64,000 nucleotides of DNA from Octopus sinensis (Eukaryota): assembly GCF_006345805.1 (NCBI RefSeq), contig NC_043022.1:13206001-13270000 (forward strand), written 5' to 3'. Positions 36,168 through 49,061 of this stretch are shown here, piece after piece. Within the stretch, counting starts at the first letter, position 1, and each line of letters starts with the position of its first letter. The notes below the pieces were generated by a model. The model was not told where the DNA came from. It did no database searches and saw only the letters and a program-made list of their open reading frames with translations. A program made the translations under genes and the position numbers.

Positions 36168-36449
36168 CCTTTTGTTCGAGATGTGAAACTTGTTGATGGT
36201 ACCCGAGTATGTAAGTATTGTCCTCGATGGGTTGCTGTCGTAGTCAATCCAGGATCGACTGGTCTTGTTACTACACTGCCCGTAGCAGTCCCTTCACTGT
36301 ATTCTGTCCGTAATATTACATTTTCTATTTTGTTTTCTGAGCTGTATGCCTTGGAGGCACATTTAATGTCCATAAATGCCACTGTTGCACTAATACCAAC
36401 TTCATTTTCCTTCTTGGGATGAAACTTCACATTCTGGATTTTTCCATAG
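36168..36449 (-). CDS. spen: Internal coding exon of a split ends (SPEN/SHARP/msx2-interacting protein) orthologue, N-terminal RRM1
   Basis: Minus strand reads ttttttacag|C TAT GGA AAA ATC CAG AAT GTG...ACA AAA GG|gtaagt. It is 282 nt, phase 2-2, with no stop. The translation YGKIQNVKFHPKKENEVGISATVAFMDIKCASKAYSSENKIENVILRTEYSEG aligns by eye with the human SPEN RRM1 segment as I recall it (YGRVESVKILPKRGSEGGVAAFVDFVDIKSAQKAHNSVNKMGDRDLRTDYNE). The ORF track 36164-36430 covers it. Confidence 0.9.
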
Positions 36450-37890
36450 CTGTAAAAAAAATATAAAAAGTGCGTATAAGAAAATGTTTTTCACGTTGAC
36501 AGAAAAGAAAAGCCATTCTGACAATAACAATCTTTGTATATTTTGGTCAATTCCATAACCCAATGAGACAACATTAATATGAGAAACCACCAACACTTTT
36601 GATACCCTATCACTGTTGAAATACGCTTTGTTCAATAAATTTTGTAAAAGAATAAAGAATTTAGGGAAATAACTTTCATTATTAAACTAGTGTTTAAAAC
36701 ATAAATTAACAGGAAATTTTGATCACTTTAAGCCTTTTGTTACCATATTTCTGCTTGACTTTGTTTTAATTTTACAAATAATGAAGGATTGGTATTTGGA
36801 ACTTGAATCAACATGAAATTTTAATGCAAGATTTTTAATTTATTTCACTTTTAAAGCAAGGGCTGATATCAGACAGTTTGAAATCAAAAAGGTTAACTCT
36901 CATTGGTAAACTTTAGCAAATACTGTGATCAAGCCTTCCTTACCCAGAGACATAAATTTGGCAAGGGGGGAAACTGGAGTCGTTCCAGTTCAGTGATCTG
37001 TTGACATAACTTAAATCTGAAGAGATTTCAAAAATCAGTCATAATTACCTCTGTAAATATTCTATAGAAACTGAATTTTAGATAGATGTCTTCTTTCAGA
37101 TTTTTAAACTAAACTTAATTCAATTCATTGAAAAAGAAAATAAGTCTACTCTTTCACCTTGATGAACATTCTAAAATATATTTTAAGTTTCATCATAGAT
37201 TTTGAATTGTTAACAAATTTGTTGCAAGAAGATGCTTTAGCATTGTTTTTGAACCACAAATTTGTGACAATGTTTAAAGAAATGTTCCAACTGAAATGCT
37301 TACAACTGAATTAACAGTTAATGCATCGAAACTATGTTGACAGTTAATGATGCCAATCCCTGTCCTTTTTGAAATACGAGTGAGTGGGGAGTCAGTGGCA
37401 ATAGACATAATTTAAATATTTACACCAACCACTTTTAGCAAGGAAAGTCTGAAGCTAAGGACATTCTTCTAAACAACTCTCTCTTCAGTTTCACTTAAAC
37501 TAAAAAGGAACAATGTTCATTTACATCAGTTTATACAGCATTTATTCTGGAACTACTTCAGATATTCAATGTAGATATGGTTGATGATGATAATAATACA
37601 CATTGCATCAGAGAGAAGAGAGATGCTGGTAATGGCTTATTCCACAGCAACAGAACCTAGAGTGGAGGTTAATTAAATAACACTGATTCCAGTGTATTAA
37701 GGGTACTTTTATTAGCCACTGAGGGATGAAAACTGAAACCAATTTCTGCTTAATCTGAACTTGGGATACGCTTGGCTTTCGACTGTTTTTTAGATACTAC
37801 AGCACCAACTGTCCTACAAGCACACTACTCCTGATACAACAGCAACACCAATAATTTTTCAGTCACATGATTTGTAAGGAAGGAATATCA

Positions 37891-38118
37891 TTAACCCTTT
37901 AGTGTTTAAACCAGCCATATCAAGCCCAAATATTCTACATGTTTTATATTCAAACTGGCCATATCTAGCCTCTCACACCTAACCTATAGTGACACTCTAA
38001 AAATAAACAATCATATCATTGAAACCTTAAAGCTATAACATAATGCATGATTAATTCAAAACAATTTGAGTGAAAAAGTATTACATTTAACAGAGAAATT
38101 TGAACACCAAAGGGTTAA
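37891..38118. mobile_element. piggyBac-type (TTAA) MITE
   Basis: ttaaccctttagtg...caaagggttaa. The body resembles 25930-26157. Confidence 0.85.
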
Positions 38119-38558
38119 TACTCCTGTACAAATGGTATTCATTTTATCACCTTCAAAGATAAATCAGATACAGTGGGATGTGAACACTTGACTGTAAGCT
38201 AAATATCTTACAGATTTGCCAGGCTATTTACATTGGTACAAGACCCACAGAGAACAAATATTAACCTTTTTTTTTTATCTGATCAGCCCGAAAGGATGAA
38301 AAGCAAAAGGCAGCTTTGATGAGATCTGAACTCGGGGCAAGCACACAAGTCAGATTAGATAGAAATGATTTCTAGATATATTTGATATTTCAAGATATAT
38401 TCTAGATACAGCCCCAGAGAGACAAGAGGTAGAAAGCTAGCTTCCAGTGGAAAGTCAACCTCCAGGAAGATGAAAGGTAAAGCCAAGACCCCCAAGATCT
38501 GAATCTGAAGATGAAGGGCTATAACAAAATAATTAGTGAAATATGATTAATAATATTG

Positions 38559-38598
<40 letters not shown>
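38559..38598. repeat. (AAT)n microsatellite
   Basis: Seen directly. Confidence 0.95.
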
Positions 38599-38599
<1 letters not shown>

Positions 38600-39031
38600 T
38601 CTTTCTAGAGGCACAAGGCTTGAAATAATAAGCATTTGATATAAATTTTCTCCAAATAGATAAGTGTGTGTGTGTGTGTGTATAAACTGCATAGAGTTGG
38701 GTATTTTCTTGAATTCATATTTATTTTTTTAAATAGAAATAACCATTTTATGTGAGTTAATTAGACAACACTGCTGAATAATTAACTGTGATATTATGCT
38801 TTCTGCACTATAGCTGAAAATTCATCTCAACTCTCTGCCGCTACTACGCAGTAAAATGACTTTAGCTGTAGCATATTAAACCACCACAGATACAGAAATA
38901 GCTGCATTCAACACAATTCTATATTAGCAAAGAAATGTCATTGATTAGAAGAATAGTATACAATCACCAGAGAAGACTTTAATTATTCAACTACTCACTC
39001 TCCCCCTCTCTCTGTCTCTAATGAATGTATG

Positions 39032-39073
<42 letters not shown>

Positions 39074-40488
39074 ACTATAGAAGTTTTAACAAAAATGAAT
39101 AGAGAATGTACACAAGTTAATAATAGACCAAGCATAAATTAACAGCAAGTAACAATGCACACACACACACAGAGAGTTTTGTTGAAACAATTGACTATTC
39201 TTCACACTTCACAGTATTGCTATAAAGGAGATGAAGAGGAGGACTGGGGTTTTTTTTTTAATTGTTTGGGTTTTTGGGTGGGGTTTTTTTTTTGTTTTTT
39301 TTTTTGCACTACAAGGTTGGGAATTAGAGATATTATTATTGCCAGGAATTATGTGATACTGTGATCTCCAAGACCCCAATCCTTTTGGTAATATGATAGT
39401 ACTAATAAAAAAACACTCAAACACACAGACGGAAACTGTACTTTATATACAAACACGACAACAGTACTTTTACATAACACACACACACACTGTGTGAGAA
39501 CATTCATATAAATGTAGATAAGTATATAGACAGAGATGAGTGAATATATTTATTGATTTCACTGGGAGGAGGCTAATGTCATAGGCCTTTGCAGGACACC
39601 TCAATTTTGAGGAGGAGTGGGGCTGAAATGGAAAATAAAATCCTCTCCCCCCCATCTCTCCATCTCTGTTTAACACATCATTCTTCTTTCCAATGATTAC
39701 AATTATTATTATTATTATGCTTGTAGCAGCACAATATATGTGTTTGTGTATATATGTATGTATGTATGTATGTGTGTGTGTATATATGTATGTATGTATG
39801 TGTATATATATATATATATGTATGTATGTATATATGTGTTTGAGAGTGTAATATGTATATATACACTACACAAGCATATATAAACATTCACATACATGCA
39901 TATTTATATGTACATATACAATACATACACATATACATGTACACATACACAAATACATATATGTATATACACACATACATTCACATACGTGCATATATGT
40001 ATATCATATATGTATACATACATGCATACACACATATACACAGACAGAGGGAAATATAAATCATTATTTATAAACAATTACCAGAAATTAATTTAATTTA
40101 TAAAAAGGTGTCATTAGGGGTGGGCATACAATTTTGTGAAAGAATTAAGATGTGGTGCTCATGCCTTTCTGAAAGACCGTAACACCACATAAATAAATAT
40201 CTGGCACTAATACAGCTAATAGCTCTAATAATAATACTGATGGTAGTGATGATGATGATGATGATAACTGATAATAATAATAATAATAATAAAGCTGCTG
40301 GTAATGGAAAGAAACTTGGACATAAAAGAATGAGTCATTCTCTGAATGAGTTGGTGAAGTGAGGGAGGAAAGGTGTCTAGCTAGGAGCCAAGCTGCTATT
40401 ACAACACTAACAATAGACCAGGCGACCAAGATTTACAGCTAAAAGCTTCTCAGCGAAGAAGAAGCGTGTGTGTGTGTGTGTGTGTGTG

Positions 40489-40521
<33 letters not shown>

Positions 40522-40879
40522 CACCAGCTGGACTACTAACATGGCAAAATACCTGCTGCCCTCTATTTTGTTACAATGGATTTTGTTTATTATTACGTTT
40601 CAGAAGACATATACAGTCTCAGCACAAATGGCTAAGCTCCACCACTGCGACACAACACACCGCCACAATGCATCCACACACCACCACCATCAGCAGAAGA
40701 CAACTTAAACTATATTCAACGCACACACACCACCACAGACAACACTCATACACAACCTTTGTCTCCACATTGCAGTTTTAATATGTGATTACGTATACAT
40801 GCATAACAAAGCTATATCTACAGCATGTGCGGCTATTATATATATACACATACAGCAGCACCTACACACACACACACAC

Positions 40880-41066
40880 ACACACTACAGTTTAATCTAT
40901 AATACATACACACACATACAGTACAGTTTAATGTGTATTACACACAACATACACACACCACATATATACACAAACCAGTTTAATATGCATTATACACACA
41001 TTGCAATTTAACATTACACACCACAGATTTATATATTATATATACATACATCACAATTTAATGTCT

Positions 41067-41115
<49 letters not shown>

Positions 41116-41340
41116 TAGTCTAATGTATGTTATATACTCACAGTTTAATATATATTAATACACACACACAGAGTTTTATGCAGTTTAATATATATTAATA
41201 TAGTTTTATATATATTATACACACGCACCAGTTTAATGTATATTATACACACACACACCAGTTTAATGTATATTATACACACACACACCAGTTTAATGTA
41301 TATTACACACATTCACACATTCCACAAAATAATGTGTATT
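40880..41340. repeat. Degenerate CAGTTTAAT/(CA)n/(TA)n minisatellite with three near-identical 30-bp units at about 41227-41310
   Basis: acaccagtttaatgtatattatacacac repeats with a 30-nt period, and the CAGTTTAAT core recurs upstream. Confidence 0.85.
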
Positions 41341-41683
41341 GCACACACACTCTCAAAACCATGCAGTGTTAAAAACAGTGCCACAGAAATGAGAGAAGAA
41401 TGAGTTGCCAGCCCCAAATGTTAAATACGAAACTCATTTTATACGTTGCAGAGAATCAAATAAAAGTTCACTTCACATATTACTTAGCAAGCAGCAACTA
41501 TTCAGAAAGCTACAACGCAATAAATGCAACTGCTGCAGTGTGCAGCATGTAGCTTTACACCAACAGAACCCAGATGACCCAATTAGATAATTAAATAATT
41601 TGGAAGCAGCATGCTATCTAACTACTGATTCAAATGTCTCCTAGTATATAACTGGTACTCATGAATCCAAGTGGGATGTGGAC

Positions 41684-42163
41684 TAACCCTTTCATTACTA
41701 ACCCGGCTGAAACCGGCTCTGGATCTGTAGTACAAATGTCTTGTTTTCATTAGTTTTGAATTAAAATCTTTCACCAAACCTTAATCACAATTAATGTTCC
41801 TAACACTAGCTTAATGATAACTAAGTTATTTTACTAAATTCTTTATTATATTTGAAGTAATTGAAAGAAATACAGAGCATCTCAACAGAAGTACAGTAAC
41901 GAAAAGGTTAAAATATATAATAGAGAAACAATTCTTAACCCATTTGATACCAACCTGGCTGAAACTGCCTCTGGCTCTGTAGTACTAATGTCTTGTTTTC
42001 GTAAGTTTTGAATTAAAATCTTTCACCAAACCTTAATCACAATTAATGTTCCTAAAACTAGATTAATGATAACTAAATTATTTTACTAAATTCTTTGTTA
42101 TATTCAAAATAATTGAGAGAAAAACAGAGAATCTCAAAATAAATACAGTAATGAAAGGGTTAA
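41684..42163. mobile_element. Two tandem TTAA MITE copies (41684-41911 and 41935-42163)
   Basis: Both carry ggctgaaac.g.ctctgg.tctgtagtac.aatgtcttgttttc...ctaaattcttt...gtaa.gaaa.ggttaa, in the same orientation and 23 bp apart. Confidence 0.9.
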
Positions 42164-42847
42164 GGTATGTGGTCCATTGCTTAGGGATCTATATGAAACC
42201 CCCCGACAGACTTAACGGGGAACTTACTGTAGGTAAGGACCAAAATCTGTGACAGAGTTAACAACAGCATGACGACACAGTGTGAAAGTAGCATGGCAGT
42301 ATTACATTAGTGTAGCAGTGTACAAGTAATGCATTATGTGTATTACACACACACATATGTACATACATACATATATTCATAGACACATCAAGTAGTGTCA
42401 TTATCAATTTTTTTAACATTCACTTTTTCATCCTCACATGGATTGGGCAGAATTTATTGAGGCAGACCTTCTATGGCCAGGTTACTCTTCCTGTTGCCAA
42501 CCAATGTAATTATTTCCCCCATAACAAAACATACTTTCATGGAAGATTGGAAACAAAGGACACGGCTTGCATGTTGGTGGCCCTTGTTTACAACTATTAC
42601 CTGATATCACAACAAGGAGAAACATACACACACATACACACACAGATAACTATATTTGTATGATGAGCTTCGTTTAGCTTCCATCTAGTATAAATCCACT
42701 CACAAGGCTTTGGTTGGCCTGGGGTTAAAGTAAAAGGACTCCTGCTCATAGTGCCACAAGGCGGGACTGAAGTCAAACCCAGGTGGCTGGGAAGCAAACT
42801 TCTTAACCACACAAGCACGCGATACTTATACATATATACACACACAT

Positions 42848-43012
42848 GGCGCAGGTGTGGCTGTGTGTTAAGTAGCTTGCTAACCAACCACATGGTTCCG
42901 GGTTCAGTCCCACTGCGTGGCACCTTGAGCAAGTGTCTTCTACTATAATCTCGGGCCAACCAAAGCCTTGTGAGTGGATTTGGTAGACAGAAACTGAAAG
43001 AAGCCTGTCGTA

Positions 43013-43058
<46 letters not shown>

Positions 43059-43255
43059 TGTGTGTGTTTGACCCCTAGCATTGCTTGACAACCGATGCTG
43101 GTGTGTTTACGTCCCCGCCGCTTAGCGGTTCGGCAAAAGAGACCGATAGAATAAGTACTGGGCTTACAAAAGAATAAGTCCTGGAGTCGATTTGCTCGAC
43201 TAAAGGCGGTGCTCCAGCATGGCCGCAGTCAAATGACTGAAACAAGTAAAAGAGT
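42848..43255 (+). mobile_element. Young composite SINE (20161 family)
   Basis: Complete head, (TA)n and tail, near-identical to 20161-20585. Confidence 0.92.
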
Positions 43256-45345
43256 ATATATACATATATATATTATATATACACACACAGTGTGTAATGT
43301 TAATGTAGCAATGTGACATTTGTACAACAGAAGGGTCACACAGTATGACAGTGGTGTAGCAGTGTGGCAGTAGGAAAGTTTTACACACACACACACACAC
43401 ACACACAGAGTGTAAAGCCAGCACATGACCAGCTATGAGTCAGCTTGCTGTCTGATTATGTACTAAAACACCTGCTGCTAGTTGGATACAATCAGCAGAT
43501 TTAACCAGATTAACAGATTAGAAGTAAGAAAGATAGTAAAAACACTGCAGCTACAAGCTTCATGGCTTTAAGCTGTCCTGGAGGCATATTTACTTATGGA
43601 GGAGAGATAACATGGTACAGGCTCAGTCACTTACCAACCATACGGATTGTGGGGCTAAGAGGTGTTTTAGTCACTCTCTGATTGGTTCATCTCTCATTAA
43701 CACACCCAGCCACACAACTGCACTGGTCACATTACCAAAGTCACAACACAGAAAGATTTTTAAAACTCTTCAGCAAATCTAATATTTAGACGACACTGAC
43801 CGTATAAATATCTAGACAGCAATGACTATATAAAAACCCAGACAACACCAAAAGGTGAATGTTAAAAAATTGATAATGACACTACTTGATGTGTGTATGA
43901 ATGTATGTATGTACATATGCATGTGTATAACATATACATATATATACACACCCAGACAACAAACAACTCTATCAACACTGACTTTATAAATAGGCAATAC
44001 TGATTATATAAGATGCTAACTTATATACATATGTAATAAATATGTAGGCAATGTTGACTATATATATATATATATATATATGTAGACAGCATTCACTATA
44101 TAAATATTTAGATACTGGTGAAATAATAACATTTAAGCATTCTAAATGTGTAAAGATGCAAGCAAGGTGAATTGCTCAAAAGTTCAATTCACAGTCAAGA
44201 GGTCTTGGGTTCAATCCTTTTGCACATCTACATACACATACAGATACACACAGATATATATATACATATACACACATACAAATACATATATATACACATA
44301 TTTATATACACGTATGCACATACATATATCTACCCGTATATATATTTATAGACATATATATATATTAACAGACACACAAACATGCATATGTATTAGAAAC
44401 AGATGTACACACATTTGTGACTAGAGTGTCAGCTAGGTCACCACTCACTGTGGTGGTGGTCGTCATTGTCGCCGTGGTGATGCAGGATTAATTACTATGG
44501 GCTGATGCCATGTGACAACAGAACAACATTCTGGTCACCTGATTCTCTAAGGAATGTCGTTGCAATGTGAATAACTAGCTAAAGACTTGCTAAACATTCT
44601 TTAGAAATAGTCAATCCAGTGTGAATGCATCATAGAAAAGTCACCTTATTAACAACAAGCTGTCCAAGAGCCAACACACCACATAAAGACAAATCTCTCT
44701 CTCTCTCACACACACTTTCTCTCTCTATCACTAGATGTTGCCAGAGTAACAGAAGCAGCTGCCCAAATTTAAGTGGCCTTTTTATTTGTTTTTTTTCTCT
44801 TTTGTCGTTTCATAAATATATAATTATCATCACAGGTAGACGACAGCAAAAGAGGAGACCTGAGAAAAAAGCAACCAGAGAAAAGAAAAACGCAGAGACA
44901 GCCAGGTGAAGAAAACTAATTAACTGAAGGCTAAATGCAGCCTCAATTAGGTGAAATCATATTCTTAACAAAACATCCAGCTGGTTATAAAATATAGAAA
45001 TTCAAATAATAATAATAATAATACAGGTGATGTGGGGTGTGCAGACGCATGTGCAGGCAGGTCCAGCCCCACTGCATGGCACCATGACCAGGTGTCTTCT
45101 ACTATGGCCCTAGGCTGACTAAGGCCCTGTAAATGGATTTGGTGGACAGGAATCAAAGGAGACCCATTATGTGTGTGTGTGTTCATCATGGGTGGAAGCA
45201 TGGCTGTGTGGTTAAGAACTTTGCTTCTCAACCATATGGATTCAAGTTCAGTCTTAGTACATGACACCTTGGGAAGACATCTTCTACTATAGCCCTAGGC
45301 CATGAGAGGATTTGGTGGACAGAAACCGAAAGATTTTTGTGTGTG

Positions 45346-45411
<66 letters not shown>

Positions 45412-45801
45412 AAAATCAGGGAATGGAGTAGACAGAATTCAGGCTACATGTTTCATAACCATAAGAACCTCAGAAGCAGTAATTATCCAAACGAGGGGTA
45501 ATCCATTAGCTAGTCAGTGTGCCAAAGACACCTTAATCAAAAGAAGCTTACATTGTCATTAAGGGATCCCATGTTGACTCACATGGATGTCTATTCGTAT
45601 GCACAGCAACCCCTGCTGTTGATTTGTAAGCTAGAAAACAATTACATCAGTTTATCAAACTTCAATAGGGGAAAAGATTTACAACATTCTACACCAATAA
45701 ATCACTATTGTTCCTGAAAGTTGTTTTTTATGCCTTCTATGGACTGCTCGAAGCTTACTATCTCCCTACACTTTGATCCTTGGATCTTACCTATATATAT
45801 A

Positions 45802-46166
45802 TCTCTCTATATATAAACGGCAGTTTGTCTGTGCATGTTTCTGTGTGTCTGTTTTCTTGTACCCTCACCCTGACCACGGCTTTCAAACACATAGCCCAAT
45901 GTCATGATTCCAAACTAACACAGCGAAAATTTTGAAAAGTTCCCCCAGTTCTGAAAAAGAAATCGATAAATTCGACATGGGGTCGACAATCAGAAACACA
46001 AACCACAGATGGTCTAGGGGACGCAACTCGACCTTTTTAACTATCAAAAAAAAATTTACCATCATTTTTTTTTCCCATTTTTTGCTATTTTTTGGCTATA
46101 ACTCTCTAAAAATTCTTTATAGTTATTTCCCTTACAAACCCGAGCAACGCCGGGCGATACTGCTAG
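45802..46166 (+). mobile_element. Non-autonomous Helitron
   Basis: A|TCTCTCTATATATAAA 5' end. 3' GC hairpin CCCGAGCAACGCCGGG (46139-46154), then 8 nt, then CTAG|T. No TSD. Confidence 0.85.
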
Positions 46167-46175
46167 TATATATAT

Positions 46176-46345
46176 AAAGGGAAAGTTTACGAAAATAAAC
46201 AAAAGACGAAGGCAGGTGGTGTACAAACAAACAGATGTATTAGTATAGCGTTCAGGAATAGAAAAAGTCTTACGTTTTGAGCCTACGCTCTTCTACAGAA
46301 AGGTACACGGAAAAAACAAGGAGAGAAAAAAATGTGTGTAGTAAC
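46176..46345 (-). mobile_element. Penelope-like terminal fragment with decayed hammerhead motif
   Basis: ctgtagaAGAGCgtagGCTCaaaACGTa at 46268-46301, flanked by (TA)n. Confidence 0.55.
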
Positions 46346-46375
46346 TAACGATCTACCAGTATATATATATATATA

Positions 46376-46493
46376 TGTATCTTGGGACTTCAGTATATAT
46401 ATATATATTCCGATTCGTCGTTTCGTTCCACTTCTTGGTTCCTTTTTTTATATTATATATATATATATATATATACTGAAGTCCCAAGATACA
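46376..46493. repeat. Fold-back: 20-bp perfect inverted repeat extended inward by (TA)n
   Basis: tgtatcttgggacttcagta (46376-46395) is the exact reverse complement of tactgaagtcccaagataca (46474-46493). Confidence 0.93.
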
Positions 46494-47745
46494 CAATGTC
46501 TTAAAATAAGCCAAGATGGCCATGGCTAGAATGCCTTTGATCATAAACCTGATTGTTCTAGACTAACTAACCTTGGGCTCAGACAAGATAACACTTCAAA
46601 TAAAACCACTTTATCCACTTTAGTAACCTAAGAAATAATAATCTTATATTTCAAACAGATAGATATATCGAGGAGTGGCTTAATTGAATCAAAGTGTCTT
46701 TTTTTTTCCACTCTTATATACAACTTTCATGTAAATGAGTATAATTATTCCATCTGGGTTAATAAAATTAAAGACCTCACTCTCTCTCTCACTCACACAC
46801 ACACACACACATACATACACACCAGCTATTATCAGTTGTTAGACTATTCACTTGACCTAATTCCTGCCATTCACCCAGCACAAACAACAAAACCAACTTT
46901 CAAAGTGAGCATGACACATAATGTTAGAAGATCTAGGAACAGACAATTAGGAAGGTTGATGGTACAAAAAGTAGCGAGCCAGAAATTATTACTGATATTA
47001 ATACTGGTTTGGAGAGAGACCAAAATTTACAGCTTTAACAGCAAATTATTTCTAGCACCGGAGTAAGTAAATATATATATGAAGAGGAATTCAAAGTCTT
47101 CTATACAATGCTTTTAGTCCATATAAACGATTGCATGTCTTGCATACAAGCCTTCTTGTGCATATAAAAAGATCTCGTGTATTGTATAGAAGCCTTCTAG
47201 TATATTATAGAAGGTTGAAAAATCATGTCTACAATATTTTTAAAATCCTCGCATGCTAACAGTTTCAATTCATCACTATATAGTTGTTCTATATACAACA
47301 CAAGGACGTAGCTATGGGGATTTTTAGCCAACATTATGTTACAACAATTGGAAGTGAAAAAGGAAACAGTTATACATGATTCAAGTCTTCTTGGGACCAT
47401 CATCAGTAACTTTGTACTTTATTCCCCTGTCTACAAATATATATGGCTTATAAACCCACTAATACTAAGGGTTTGAAGATTGTGAGCCGACAGAATAATT
47501 TGCATGCTGGGCAAAATGCTTGGAGGCATTTTATCTAATTTTATGTTCTGAGTTAAAATGCTGCCAGGGTCAACTTTGCCTTCCATCCTTTCAGGGTCAA
47601 TGTAATCAAATTAGCCCTCTCCTCCGAAATTGCTGGTCTTGTGCCAAAATTTGAAACCAATTTGAAGGATTAAAGTAAACTGTCCCCACACACATTGTAC
47701 AGACAACTGTTTACAATTGATAGCTAACCTACAACACCATATTTG

Positions 47746-47978
47746 AAGGTGGCGAGCTGGTAGAAACGTTAGCACGCCGGGCGAAATTCGTAGCCGTATT
47801 TTGTCTGTCGTTGCGTTCCAAGTTCAAATTCCGCCGAGGTTGACTTTGCCTTTCATCCTTTCGGGGTCGATAAATTAAGTACCAGTTACGCACTGGGGTC
47901 GATGTAATCGACTTAATCCCTTTGTCTGTCCTTGTTTGTCCCCTCTGTGTTTAGCCCCTTGTGGGTAGTAAAGAAATA
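47746..47978 (+). mobile_element. Young full-length tRNA-derived SINE
   Basis: aaggtggcgagctggtagaaacgttagcacgccgggcg...gagttcaaattccgccgaggttgactttgcctttcatcctttcggggtcg...gtaaagaaata. A TSD-like catatt(t/c)gaag flanks both sides. Confidence 0.9.
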
Positions 47979-49027
47979 CATATTCGAAGATATATAACTC
48001 ACCACCATTTTCTTCCCACCAAAAAAAAAAAAGAAAAAAAATCTCAAAACAATCCTCCCAGGTTCTCTACATAAGTTGGGGCAGATATTAAAAGCTTTAA
48101 TGCACGAAAATTTCTTCCTAAATATAGGCAACTGAAACAAGGGTTTGTTTAAGATACCCCTGCACCTAATATGCCATCAGATGTGATACATTATAACAAT
48201 ACCTTTTTGGTCTTTTTGTAACTTCACAAAAAAGGATGAAGACAGAAAGGGCAGTTGAGCTAATGAAGTAGGAGTAGTGAGTGCAACTCAAAACAGAGGA
48301 AAGGAAAAGGGTTTCAGAAAGACGAAGTAAGACCTGAGTGAGAGGGACTACCGTAGCTTTCTGCGTAGCTTTCTGGGGTGCAATGAAATGGGTTAGATAG
48401 AGCAGACAGGATAGAGTTTAACAAGAAGAGCAAAAGGCCACTCTGTAATGGCAGTAAGAGAGAGAGAGATAAAAAGTAGACAATCATTAAATTGAAGCTT
48501 GCCATTCAGATGAGAGGATTGCTTTTGTAAGAGTGTGTGTGTGCATGGGTGTGTGTGTGTGTGTGTTCATATATTCCAGCTATTTGAGCAGCACTCTAGT
48601 GTAACATCTAATTATAACTTCTAAATGGTGAGTAGCTAGTAAAAGCTGAAGTATTTTTCTGTCTAGGGAAATGAATGTTTTCAGCCGATATCAAAAGTTC
48701 AAGGTGCTTTCAAAATACATGCACACTCACTCACACACACACACACACGCATATATTAGTAAAACAGACCTCTTATACATTGTTCCTAAGACAGTAGAGC
48801 AATAAAATAAATATGTCGCAACATTTAGCTTCGTCTTGCTAGACTCTCAAGTTCAAATTCTACCAGAGTTGGCTCTCTCTTTTTACTCCAGTGGTGTTAG
48901 TCATCAAAGAAACACTGGAGTTTTCATTTATTGTACACTTTTACACAAACTTGGCTTTGTATCAAACGAATTTAATTTAATAAAGTATTCGTAAATCACA
49001 TTACACAGTAAAACAAAAAAACTGTTG

Positions 49028-49061
<34 letters not shown>

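Noticed and set aside
36159-36422. 87-aa plus-strand ORF
   Set aside because: Antisense shadow of the spen exon.
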